Positions 12,349-23,355 are shown, counted from the stretch's first letter. The stretch: 29,977 nucleotides of DNA from Tubiluchus corallicola (GCA_030141605.1 JAQGDQ010000692.1:81662-111638), one strand, 5' to 3'. The notes: generated by a model not told the origin, from the sequence alone. Made by a program: numbers and translations.

Positions 12349-12461
12349 AAATTGATGAATGTTCGTTTAATCCTTGTCAGATTGTAGGTACTTGTAAAGA
12401 TGAAATAGATAGCTATATTTTTTGTGCATCAACAGATATACCGGAGATGAATGTGAAACAA
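12349..12461 (+). pseudogene. Type B EGF pseudo-exon with a 1-bp deletion (113 bp)
   Basis: tatattttttgtgc versus tatatttgtttgtgc in intact copies; both splice sites retained. Confidence 0.8.
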
Positions 12462-12634
12462 GTAAAACCTTTCACGATGCTTTGTATTTTTGTGCATATT
12501 ATGATAGGCAGTGTATTAGTAGTTCAACAATTGTTGCGTCACTGTATTTTACGGCATGATATTAGAGTAATATTTTAGTATATAATCATGTCACAAATTC
12601 CGCAATATTTTTATCCAATAGCTCTTTTCTTTAG

Positions 12635-12745
12635 ATATAAATGAATGCGAATCTGATCCTTGTGTCCATGGTACATGTTCTGATAGAATTAACTCATACA
12701 TTTGCAATTGTCAATCTGGGTATACAGGAAATAAATGTGACACAG
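12635..12745 (+). CDS. Ca-binding EGF exon, type D (111 bp)
   Basis: INECESDPCVHGTCSDRINSYICNCQSGYTGNKCDT; ttag| and |gtaaag. Confidence 0.92.
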
Positions 12746-12861
12746 GTAAAGACAGATGTTTTTTATGTATTGTATTCGAAAGATGGCACACTTACATTTC
12801 AATGTTTTCTACTACATATGACTTAGCAAATGCTGCAATGTTTTTAATAATTAATTTTTAG

Positions 12862-12975
12862 ATACTGATGAATGTGCATCAAATCCTTGCCTGAATGATG
12901 CAACGTGTCATGACAGTTTCAATGCATACGATTGTTCCTGTGCAGCTGGATATGCTGGAATTAGGTGTCAACTAG
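12862..12975 (+). CDS. Ca-binding EGF exon, type C
   Basis: [37 protein letters not shown]; ttag| and |gtaagt. Confidence 0.9.
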
Positions 12976-13237
12976 GTAAGTAATAATTATAACAGACTGT
13001 TCCTATTGAAATCATTAGAATAACCATGCTGCAACTGTCAGAGAGTTTGCAATAAGTTATTGACGGTACTACGCAAAGCAGTTCAGACTTTAGAGTTTCC
13101 TGTCAGAGAAAAAACTCTCTAGTCTAATATGCAATAACAGTGACAAAGACATCGACACTTTATTGAATGGCTTTAGCACTTATTTAAGTAAATTGGGTAA
13201 TTTGCATCTTTTTAATGCGTTTGTTGCTTCTGTTTAA

Positions 13238-13351
13238 AAATTGATGAATGTTCGTCTAATCCTTGTCAGGTTTTAGGTGCTTGTAAAGATGAAATAGATA
13301 AATACACTTGCACTTGTGTGGCAGGATTCATTGGAACTAAATGTGAACAAA
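13238..13351 (+). pseudogene. Chimeric B/A EGF exon, open frame but acceptor mutated from AG to AA
   Basis: tgtttaa|aaattgat; [20 protein letters not shown] (B-like) joined to [17 protein letters not shown] (A-like). Confidence 0.8.
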
Positions 13352-13501
13352 GTAAAGCTTGTTTTTTACGGAGTGTATAGAAAATGTATTTTATTCCCTA
13401 TGATAACTGCTTTAGTTAAACATTAACAAAATAACTGTGTTAGACATTTTATTGTTTTCTGCTTTGCAAGACTTACAATATTTTGAATTAATTATTTTTA
13501 G

Positions 13502-13615
13502 ATATAGATGAATGTGCATCAAATCCTTGCCTGAATAATGCTACATGTCATGATAGTGTCAATGCATACGATTGTTTTTGTGCTGCTGGATTTATTGGAA
13601 CTAGGTGTCGACATG
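13502..13615 (+). CDS. Ca-binding EGF exon, type C
   Basis: [37 protein letters not shown]. Confidence 0.9.
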
Positions 13616-13876
13616 GTAAGTAATAATTATAACAAACTGTTCCTATTGAGATCATTAGAATAACCATTCGGAAACTGTCAGAGAGTTTGCAAAAAGTTAT
13701 TGACAGTACTACAAAAAGCAGTTCAGACTTTAGTGTTTGCGTCAGAGAGAAAAGTCTCTAGTCCGAACTTCAATAACAGTTACAATGACATCGACACTTT
13801 ATTGAATGGCTTTAGTACTCTTTTAAATAAATTGGGTGATTTGCATCTTTTTAATGCGTTTATTGCTTCTGTTTAG

Positions 13877-13990
13877 AAATTGATGAATGTTCGTCTAATC
13901 CTTGTCAGAATGGAGGAACTTGTAAAGATGAAATCGATAGCTATATTTGTTTGTGCGTCAACGGATATACCGGGGATGAATGTGACACAA
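13877..13990 (+). CDS. Ca-binding EGF exon, type B (intact)
   Basis: [37 protein letters not shown]. Confidence 0.92.
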
Positions 13991-14212
13991 GTAAAACCTT
14001 TCACGATGCTTTGTATTTTTGTGCATATTATGATATGCAGTGTAGAAGTAGTTTAACAATTGTAAGACTTTTGGAATTATCAAAATTTACCATTTAATTA
14101 AATGAAAATGCAAAGCTTTTTTTTCTTTTTCTTTCTCTTGTAACGTAAGGTATATAGTAACGTAGTAAATCCTGAAATTTTTCATTGCAATAGCTATCAT
14201 TCTGTGGCATAG

Positions 14213-14292
14213 ATATCAATGAATGCTCATCCATATCCTTGTTTCCATCAGAACATGGACTATGGAGCAAGGATTTGATGAGCATTCATTGA
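14213..14292 (+). pseudogene. Truncated EGF exon remnant with a 1-bp insertion
   Basis: atag|atatcaatgaatgctcatccatatccttg..., homologous to 9524 and 15369. Confidence 0.7.
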
Positions 14293-14439
14293 TATTTCTA
14301 AAAAAGACAGCTGTTGCTTTATATTGTTGCTGAATTTGTTACGTCACTGTAAGTTAATGCATGATATTCGAGTAAAACATTAATACACAGTCATGCAACA
14401 AATTCGGCAATATTTTAACCCAATAGCTCTTTTCTTTAT

Positions 14440-14549
14440 ATATAAATGAATGCCTATCTGATCGTTGTGTCCATGGCACATGTTCTGATAGAATCAACTC
14501 ATACATTTGCAATTGCAAGCTTTGTATACTGGAAATAAATGTGACACAT
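14440..14549 (+). pseudogene. Type D EGF pseudo-exon: acceptor AG to AT plus a frameshift (110 bp)
   Basis: INECLSDRCVHGTCSDRINSYICNCK, then out of frame; homologous to 12635-12745. Confidence 0.82.
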
Positions 14550-14682
14550 GTAATGACGGATGTTTTTTATGTATTGTATCTACAGTGTACCTTATTCCCT
14601 AAGATAACTATTTTAGTCATAAGATGAATCACTTACATTTCATTGTTTTCTGCTGCACATGAGTTAGCAAATTTATTTTTAG

Positions 14683-14796
14683 ATATTGATGAATGTGCAT
14701 CAAGTCCTTGCCTGAATAATGCTACGTGTCATGATAGAGTCAATGCATACGATTGTTCTTGTGCTGCTGGATATACTGGAACTAGGTGTCAACTAG
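14683..14796 (+). CDS. Ca-binding EGF exon, type C
   Basis: [37 protein letters not shown]. Confidence 0.92.
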
Positions 14797-15025
14797 GTAA
14801 GTAATAATTTTAACAGACTGTTCCTATTGAGATCATTAGAATAACATGCGGCAACTGTCAGAGAGTTTGCAATAAGTTACTGACAACTACAAAAAGCAGT
14901 TCAGACTTAAGAGTTCGCTGTCAGAGAGAAAACTCTCTAGCCTAATATGCAATAATAGTGACAATGACAATTTAAGTAAATTGTGTAATTTGCATCTTTT
15001 TAATGCGTTTGTTGTTTCTGTTTAG

Positions 15026-15139
15026 AAACTGATGAATGTTTATCTAATCCTTGTCAGAATGGAGGTACTTGTAAAGATGAAATCGATGGCTATATTTGTT
15101 TGTGCATCAACGGATATACGGGAGATGAATGTGAAACAA
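15026..15139 (+). CDS. Ca-binding EGF exon, type B (intact)
   Basis: [37 protein letters not shown]. Confidence 0.92.
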
Positions 15140-15368
15140 GTAAAACCTTTCACGATGCTTTGTATTTTTGTGCATATTATGATACATAGTATAGTAGTAG
15201 TTAACAATTGTAAAACAAGTTTTGGAATTTTCAAAATTTAACATTTAATCAAATAAAAATGCTGAGCATTTTTTATTTTTATTTTTATTTTTCTTGTAAT
15301 GTAAGGTATATGATAACATAGTAAATCCTGAAGTATGTCATTGCAATAGCTATCATTCTGTGGCATAG

Positions 15369-15433
15369 ATATCAATGAATGCTCATCCATTCCTTGTTTC
15401 CGTCAGAACATGGGCTATGGAGTAAGGATTTGA
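15369..15433 (+). pseudogene. Truncated EGF exon remnant ending in a stop
   Basis: atag|INECSSIPCFRQNMGYGVRI*. Confidence 0.7.
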
Positions 15434-15595
15434 TGAGCATTCATTGATATTTCTAAAAAAAGACAGCAGTTGCTTTATATTGTTGCTGGATTTGTTGCGT
15501 CATTGTAAGGTAATGCATGATATTCGAGTAAAACTTTAATATACAGTCACGCAACAAATTCGGCAATATTTTAAGCCAGTGGCTCTTTTCATTAG

Positions 15596-15627
15596 TTACC
15601 AATGAATGCGTAACTGATCCTTGTTTT
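15596..15627 (+). pseudogene. 5' stub of a type D EGF exon, fused by deletion to downstream intron sequence
   Basis: TNECVTDPC then tttctgctttacatgacttagcaaat, which matches intron sequence near 12805 and 14645. Confidence 0.7.
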
Positions 15628-15800
15628 CTGCTTTACATGACTTAGCAAATATTGCAATATTATCATATATAAATCTTAATCTTGGCCACAGGTGCCAGTT
15701 ATCGCTTATTAATTATTATATCTTGTGATCGTATAGAATTCAAGTGATTTATATAATGAATTAACTGATTCGCTTCCTATTTTAATTATTTAAAATATAA

Positions 15801-16682
15801 GATACAATTCACGCCACCGAAAATCTGATTGTAGGCATAACAGAAATTTGGCTACATAAACAAATACTTAGCAACACTATAGAATTACCTAATCACACAT
15901 TAATAAGAAGAGATAGATGTAAAAATAAGAAAGGTGGAGGGGTTGCGATGTATATACCTTCACACCTGAGACCACAAGAAATGAAAGGCATCAGAACCGG
16001 CAAGATTGAATCTGTTTGGTGCAGCATTGAGAACTATGTAATAGGAACCATATATAGACCACCCAATCTCAAACACAAAACATTTTTCAAATACTTTAGT
16101 GAAGAACTAGAACGCAGTGTTTTCGAAAATAAAAAAGTTCTTATAATGGGCGATTTCAACCTTGATATTTTAGCTACAAACACACTGGCATACAAAACAT
16201 ACACAGAGCTCTTAAAACAATATAATGTCCACATACTTTACAACAATAAACCTACTCGAATTTCTAAAACATCAGCCACAGCAATCGACCATTTCATTTC
16301 GAATAGTAACAATAATTTCGTAGCATATGATACTTTCCCGTGTGATTTTTCAGATCATCATTTCACAATATTAGTAGATAAAATGACCCCACAGCATAAT
16401 AATAACCAAAATTCAGTCTGGCATTTAATGAGAGACTACGCCCAATACAACAAACATTCATACTTAATCGACTTAGCAAAAATGAACTGGACCTCCATAT
16501 ATATGACTGATAAAATAGATACACAAGTTAATATTCTGACATATAATGTCGAATATTGCCTTAATGTACATGCACCATATAAAAACGTAAAGCAAATCCC
16601 ACAACAAAGCAAACTCAATAACGAAAGTACCTGGACAACACCTGAACTTGACAAACTAAGAATAGCGAAAAACAGAATGTAA
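15801..16682 (+). pseudogene. LINE ORF2, apurinic-like endonuclease portion (frame open from 15801)
   Basis: VGITEIWL, RRDR..KGGGVAMY, GTIYRPP, MGDFN, PTR..TAIDHF, SDH; ends in TAA, with a frameshift before the RT portion. Confidence 0.93.
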
Positions 16683-16747
16683 AGAACAAAACTAAAAACA
16701 ATCATAACAATTATAAGAGAAATCAATTTAATAATCTTAATAAATGC

Positions 16748-18655
16748 TTGAAAAATAAACATATACAACAACAATGTAAAAACGCAACAAATACCAAAGA
16801 AAAATGGAAAATTATTAACAATGTAATAAATAAATGCCGTAACAAACTAACGCGTGTTGACGAAATTAAGATCAACAACACGGTGATTACAAAACCCAAA
16901 GATATTGCCAACGCGCTAAATGCAATATTCCTGAATCTTGGAAATTTTAAGGGAGTGGCTTCTCATATTAGCAATAATATAATTAATAAATTAAAAAACA
17001 AATCGTCTAACACAGTATTCTCATTCAAAAGCGTCACAGTAGGAGAAATTAACGACATATTAAATAACCTAAGTTCCAACAAAGGGAGTGGACCATCAGA
17101 TATTCCTATCAAAATTCTAAAAGATAGCGCATCTGTAATAGCCCCGCATATGACTTACATTGCTAATCAGATAATTATGAGAGGCGAATTTCCAACGGTA
17201 TGTAAAATGGCAAACGTGACTCCAATCCATAAAAAAGATCCAAAATGTGATCCCATGAATTATCGCCCAATTTCCGTAATCCATTGTTTCGGCAAAGTTT
17301 GGGAAAGGGTAATTTATGATCAGATAAATTCATATGTAAATAAACATGAACTTTTATCAAAACATCAGTTTGGCTTCCGTAAACACCATTCAACCATTGA
17401 CGCCCTAATACACACAACAGAAAATTGGAGACATAGTTTAGACAACAAGCAATACATTTTAGCAGCATTTTTGGATTTAAGTAAAGCTTTCGATAGCATT
17501 AATCACGAACTACTTTACGATAATTTAAAACAAATCGGATTAGATTCGATATCGTTAAAACTGATACAAAATTATCTCAAAGATAGACAACAACGAGTAA
17601 AGTTAGATACAACCAACTTTTCTGACTGGGCCACGTTAAACAGAGGTATACCGCAAGGAACACTACTAGGTCCGTTATTATTTTGCCTATATATAAACAA
17701 CATATCCAGTGTATTAAAACACTCACAAATAACGCAATACGCTGATGACACTACAATCTACATAGCCCATGAAAATGTCCAAACTGCAAAAAATTATTTA
17801 GAAGAAGATATAAAAAATATAAATATGGCATTTAGTCATTACAAGCTAAAAATGAATAATGACAAAACAGAATTCATGATACTGTCACCCTCATTAAATA
17901 CTAATGATGCATCATCAACCACTTTGACAATAGATAATGCTGTAATCAAACAAACTAACAATGTTAAATTCCTGGGCATACAAGTAGACAATAATCTTTC
18001 ATGGGATGATCACTTTAATAACATATACACAAAAATGGCATCTAGCACATCATATCTCCGACAAGTTAAAGGGCAACTAACAAAGGAAACTAAAACACTA
18101 ATATATAAAACTTTAGTTCTACCACACTTCTTATATGGATGTACGCTACTTCAAAAAACCAAAAGAGAAAATTACTTAAAATTAAATCTCCTTCAAAACT
18201 ATGCATTGAGATTGATAGCTGGGTACTCATACAAACACAAGGCAGGTAGACAAAAATTCAAAGCTTCAACAACTAACCTGAGAAAAACTTTAAAATTCCC
18301 AATCATTGAAGCACACAAAGAATATTTTACTCTGCTTTTTATATTTAAATACATTAACAACATCAGCAAACCATTCCAGAATAACAGATTTACCTTTTTT
18401 CCAAATCCTATCGTTAATTCCAGAACAAGCAATCTAAAACAAATTAGGACAAATACCCACTATGGAACGAACTCTGTAATCAAACAAGCAATTTTACTTT
18501 GGAATTCTCTACCATTACAGGTTAAACAAATCAAGTCCCTATCAGCATTTAAAACAAAATTAAAATCACTAATATTAACCAGATATGAAATACCATCACA
18601 CCAGTACGACAACATACACACTAATTCCGAATTCATATACCCACGGCCATATTAA
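16748..18655 (+). CDS. LINE ORF2 reverse transcriptase portion (635 uninterrupted codons)
   Basis: NYRPIS, QFGFR, FLDLSKAFDSI, GIPQGTLLGPLLF, YADD, KFLG. Confidence 0.95.
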   Translation: MKNKHIQQQCKNATNTKEKWKIINNVINKCRNKLTRVDEIKINNTVITKPKDIANALNAIFLNLGNFKGVASHISNNIINKLKNKSSNTVFSFKSVTVGEINDILNNLSSNKGSGPSDIPIKILKDSASVIAPHMTYIANQIIMRGEFPTVCKMANVTPIHKKDPKCDPMNYRPISVIHCFGKVWERVIYDQINSYVNKHELLSKHQFGFRKHHSTIDALIHTTENWRHSLDNKQYILAAFLDLSKAFDSINHELLYDNLKQIGLDSISLKLIQNYLKDRQQRVKLDTTNFSDWATLNRGIPQGTLLGPLLFCLYINNISSVLKHSQITQYADDTTIYIAHENVQTAKNYLEEDIKNINMAFSHYKLKMNNDKTEFMILSPSLNTNDASSTTLTIDNAVIKQTNNVKFLGIQVDNNLSWDDHFNNIYTKMASSTSYLRQVKGQLTKETKTLIYKTLVLPHFLYGCTLLQKTKRENYLKLNLLQNYALRLIAGYSYKHKAGRQKFKASTTNLRKTLKFPIIEAHKEYFTLLFIFKYINNISKPFQNNRFTFFPNPIVNSRTSNLKQIRTNTHYGTNSVIKQAILLWNSLPLQVKQIKSLSAFKTKLKSLILTRYEIPSHQYDNIHTNSEFIYPRPY

Positions 18656-19076
18656 TTAAATCATAGTTTTTTTTATATTTTTTGTGTATAGTTGTAAATA
18701 TGTTTGATTTTATTCGTCATTACTGCACAGTAGTTTAGATTGCACTGACGCATTTGCCTTCAGCAGTGTAAGTTTTTATTAACTAACACTGATTGATTAT
18801 CTCTATAAAGTTTTTATCAGTGATTATCAATGTTTTTAATGGCAAATAAAGATTATTTTATATATATATATATATATATACGTTTTCAACACACAGATAC
18901 GAGTACGTAAATTAAATTTCATACCTAAGTGAAACAAAGGTTAACTAAAACTATTGTCTCGTGTGCAAAATCAAATGTAAATCTAAGAGACATCACATTT
19001 CATTAACTAGTACACGTTTACGATGACACAAAGAAAAATCGTTAAAAAGACAATAAGCCTTTTCCCAGTTTCATTG

Positions 19077-19282
19077 TGCGCATGCTCAGTTGCTCTAGGT
19101 CAAATGTTGCGTGTGCTACGGCAACGCGTCTTAACTGCAATCGTCATGTGACGTGTGTAAGGCAAAGCAGTCTACCACATCAGTTCAGTAAATTCATTCG
19201 CTTTGCGTAGACCTTACTTTATGCATTAGTGATTTACTATCACGATCTTGCTTGGAAACAAGAAAAAATGAACTGGGTAAGC
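19077..19282 (+). promoter_or_regulatory. Candidate Pol II promoter and first exon
   Basis: Locally CpG-richer patch; TGCGCATGCTCA (NRF1-like, 19077), GTGCTACGGCAAC (RFX X-box-like, ~19113), GTCATGTGAC (M-box/CLEAR-like, 19143), TCAGTT (Inr-like, ~19180), then ATG AAC TGG|GTAAGC at 19268-19282. Confidence 0.45.
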
Positions 19283-19871
19283 TTCTAGCTAGCTGTAAAA
19301 TTGTTGCTATTACAACAGCTTGGGCTGCACTTAACCTTCGACGTTTTCACGATCATATTCAATCGCTGGAACTGTAAAAACGCTAATTATAAAGCTCAAA
19401 AAAGAGACATTACAAATGCTGATGTGTTAACTCGATTTGCATAGACAATACTTAGTATAATAGTTAAAGGAAACTTATCGTGTCAACCTAAAGGACAAGA
19501 ATCATGAACTACTAATTCACCCTATATCACCAATTGTTTATATAAATAATGTCACCCTAATTGTTTAATTGCAACTAGTGTAGTTTGTTTTCTATCTTCT
19601 AATGGTATAAAATAAAATAAAACTCAAACATTTGAAATAATGCGTAAAATTTATAGAAATCTTGCGATTTTCTACACTGTTTTCACAAGGTGATATTCAT
19701 ATAATTTTCTTCTTTCATCGTCATCATCATCATCATCATCATCATCATCTTCATCTTCTTATTGTTATTATTATTCTCATTATTATTATCATTATCATTG
19801 TCATTATTTATTTCAGAATTGCATAATAAAATTTCTAAAACAGCATTATTTTATAAAAAAAATTATAATTA

Positions 19872-20247
19872 AATTATCCATATTTGCCAAATATATGTAA
19901 TTACACCAAAATTGAATTTATTGCTGACCGGTTTGGAACAAACTGTTGATTGCCAAAGCATCTAAAACGAAAAATTTACCAACAACAAAATGGCAACTCC
20001 CTAAAATTGACAGTTCTGTTACTACTAACATATTTGCTTATTTGTGGATTGCAGCATAGTTATGTAATCTGTAAGGTAAATTGTTAAATTATCTATATAA
20101 TGTTATATCATATATCTTTTGGCTATCTAACTACTGAATTGTATTTCAATGTTGTTTCGAAATTCTGGTAAATTTCTTTGTTTTAGATGCCTTGGCAATG
20201 AACAGTCTGTTCGAAACCGATCGGCAATAAATTCAATTTTGGTATAG
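19872..20247. mobile_element. Foldback/MITE-like element copy 1 with long terminal inverted repeats
   Basis: ~19903-19981 is the imperfect reverse complement of ~20165-20245; second copy at 22868-23310. Confidence 0.8.
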
Positions 20248-20291
20248 TTTTTTTATAATAGTAAAAATATGTATTTGTATTTATAACATAC

Positions 20292-20577
20292 TTGTGTAAA
20301 TGACAAATTGTCGATGTCTTGAGCCATGACGTAATCATGGTAACTAGTTGACGCCATTACTGCAGCACGTTGTACATAGAATGACGTAGAATCGTCAGCT
20401 CCTTTTCTCCCATTTCTACCATCTGGTGCATTGCAAGCTTCCAACTGATTGTATCCATAAAATCGACATTCTGCTGTGCCATTGCTACACACACAAAAGG
20501 TTTTGCTTTCCAGATATTCTTGTCCATCCCAGTAAAAGTTGCCATCAAACAGATTTTCCGCGTCGTCTACGGGAACC
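20292..20577 (-). pseudogene. VWDE-like post-VWD exon (phase 2-0) of the minus-strand copy
   Basis: atag|...caa|gtatgt; (R)VPVDDAENLFDGNFYWDGQEYLESKTFCVCSNGTAECRFYGYNQLEAC...; frame joins the 22254 exon to give SWRV..NLF..FCVC. Confidence 0.72.
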
Positions 20578-22253
20578 CTATCAGCATTGACATTTTATTT
20601 ATCACATAGTTTACACCAGAATACAAATAGACTATAATTGCTATAGTTATTAATTAATCAGGATAAATTATCATAAAGGAAAGAGTTAGGGGTGCAGGAG
20701 AAAGGGCAGCGAAAGATCAACTGGTCATCAGGTCAGCTACCCTTCTCAGGTTAGTGTAACTTGTAAAAAATTTGTAGCGCTGCTAATTGAAAGGTGTAAT
20801 GTAATTATGAAGTAGGTTAAGAAAATCAACTGTTAACATAAATTTATACGGGAAGAAATTAAACTTGAAATTAAATAGGCTATACATCAAGGAAGCACTA
20901 AAATAAAATGAAAAATATGAAATGATGATTAACAAAATATGTAAAGCACTTAACTAACCGATTAAAACAAAAAATAAACTAGAAATTCAAGTCAAACCGA
21001 AAGAAGATAATAAAACCTAAATAATAAATCAGTGAAGGGAACAAAATATGCATGATAAAATCAAACAAAATATAATGAAACAAAAATATGCAATACTGTA
21101 TAATCAAATTACGTTTAGCATAATGCCGAAAGAACTATGGAACACAAGAACTAGTACAGAAAAATGGAGTAAATATGTAATGAAATATGAGTGTGTGACT
21201 AAATAGGCAATATGACTCAAGAAAAATATAATAAAACTTAATGAAAACTGTGAAATAATGAGCAAAATAATTATAATAAAGTGAATATATATGAAGTGAG
21301 AAAAGCATAATATGCAAGCAAAAACATAAGTGGAGCTGGCAAAATTATAAAAAATTATGAGAAAAAAGTGTAAGTGCTGGATTCGTCTGAAGATTACGTA
21401 ATATTGTACAATTATACTTTGACCTATTGTGCTGCGTTCTTACCTTCCCTTTTCATATCTGCGAAGTAATAATAATAATAACAACAATTATATATTTTGA
21501 TGAAAAGATGTACTATGACAATATAATTATAGTTAATACATTAGTACAAGGGGAATACATTAAAACTAACAGAGATGATTCAGAGATGAACTCGACAGTA
21601 CAAGAATGTAGATTTCGAGATCATGTGTTTATAGTCTAAGTTAAGCAATATCATTTCTTCAGTAAGTGAATAAGTGAATGACAGGAAAACTGATTTTGAG
21701 TGGTTTCATCCGTATAATTGGTTTCTTTATTTACAAAAGATGTATACGAATGTGAATGTGGCTGGCAAAAAAGAGCGAATGTCCGTATCATGGAACGGTG
21801 CTAATGACGAATCCATGGTTTGTCGTTTACAACATAGTGTCAGTTACTTATTACTTACTTGCCTTTCTGATTGCCTGTCTACCTATCTATCTACCTACTT
21901 ACCTACCTACCTACCTGCTTACTTGAGTAGTGTGTACTAATGTGTAAACTAGAAGCCAGCAACTGAACAAAAAAGTCGGTACAGAAATGAAACAGAGATA
22001 TTATAAGAATTCAACGATGATTTTAGTCTGACCTTATTTAAATTATTTGATTTCGCTTTGTCTCTTCTATATAATTACGTAAACACCCCTGGTTTTTAAT
22101 GTATGCAAATTGTATATATTATATATTGTAATATATATATATATATACATTGTTTTGCTTTGTGTGTGTGTTTTGTAATTTTCATAATGTTTGTGCTGAG
22201 TGTTCTGTATCACTTGCCCATACCCTTTAGTTAAAAATAGAAAAATCTCTTAC

Positions 22254-22459
22254 CGCCAACTTTCAGAAAACTGTGGGGTCCAGGCTCTTTCATTGTGCTC
22301 CCGGCTATCTCTCGGTATGAAATCATTAGTGCGATCATTGTCGAATGTTCCGCAAAGACCCTCAGTCCGATGAAAATCCTCGGTTGAGACATACATTACA
22401 ATTTGTATGTAACTCGAAGTTGTGTAGGTTTCAACTACTCCCCCATTTGGTAAATAAAC
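22254..22459 (-). pseudogene. VWD domain C-terminal exon (phase 0-2); absent from the ORF track
   Basis: atag|VYLPNGGVVETYTTSSYIQIVMYVSTEDFHRTEGLCGTFDNDRTNDF...FSESW(R)|gtaaga; the GLCG-x-FD-x-D-x-x-ND hallmark of VWD. Confidence 0.88.
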
Positions 22460-22867
22460 CTATTTATAGAAACAACTCTATAATTAATATAATTATTATA
22501 TAGCTTGATTAGAATTTTGGTATGTCCAGAGTAAGTAGCAGAAAAAAACAAACTGCCGCCCCGTCCGTGACGAAACCAGTGATGAACAAGCCGGAGTGCA
22601 CCTTCTACAGAAGTAGGGGTTAGATGGCCACGGTACAAACTCACAGTTAAATTAAATTTCATTACGAAACTTAAAAGCAGGAAATGTTAGACGATTAGAA
22701 TAATTTGAACCATGGTCCTTGAACTTACAACGCAGACCCCATATTTAGGAATGCGATGGCCTAGTGGTCTAAGAAGGCAACATTCTAACGTTTTCACGGT
22801 TTCTATCTTTAAAATCTTGCATCAAAATTTAAGTATTTGTGATTTGCACCATAATTAATAATAATTG

Positions 22868-23310
22868 AATTACCCATATTTGGCAAATAGATGTATCTAT
22901 ACCAAAAGTGAATTTATTGTCGACCGGTTTTGAACAAACTGTGCATTGTCAAGGCATCTAAAACAAAAGAAATTTGCCAGAATTTAGAAACAACATCGAA
23001 ATACAATTCAATAGGTAAACAACCAAAAGATCTATGGTGTGACGTTATGTAGATAATTTAGTAATTTACCTTACAGGTTACATATCCTGATTGGCATGAA
23101 ACTATGCTACACTCCACAAACAAACAAAAATGTTAGGAGTAACAGAACTGTCAATATTAGGGAGCTGCCGTTTTGTTACTGAATTCCGTAAAACTACTGA
23201 ATTGTATTTCGATGTTGATTCTAAATTCTGGTAAATTTCTTTGTTTTAGATGCCTTGGCAATGAACAGTTTGTTCGAAACCGGTCGGCTATAAATTCAGT
23301 TTTGGCGTAT
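22868..23310. mobile_element. Foldback/MITE-like element copy 2 (~110-bp TIRs)
   Basis: ~22897-23010 is the imperfect reverse complement of ~23198-23309; same family as 19872-20247. Confidence 0.82.
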
Positions 23311-23355
23311 TAATAATAATCGTAATAATAATGATGATGATGATGATGATGATGT

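Larger units (their letters stand above)
15801..18880 (+). mobile_element. Non-LTR retrotransposon (CR1/L2-like LINE), 5'-truncated, no ORF1
   Basis: APE endonuclease and RT motifs; 3' UTR with AATAAA at 18845-18850 and a (TA)n tail at 18859-18880. Confidence 0.95.

Noticed and set aside
7322-15139. Naming the EGF gene Notch, Crumbs or fibropellin
   Set aside because: No LNR, ankyrin, laminin-G, CUB or avidin exons are visible, and the EGFs are recent local duplicates
22750-22812. tRNA gene (A-box-like TGGCCTAGTGG)
   Set aside because: No cloverleaf and only a degenerate B box; at most an old SINE head
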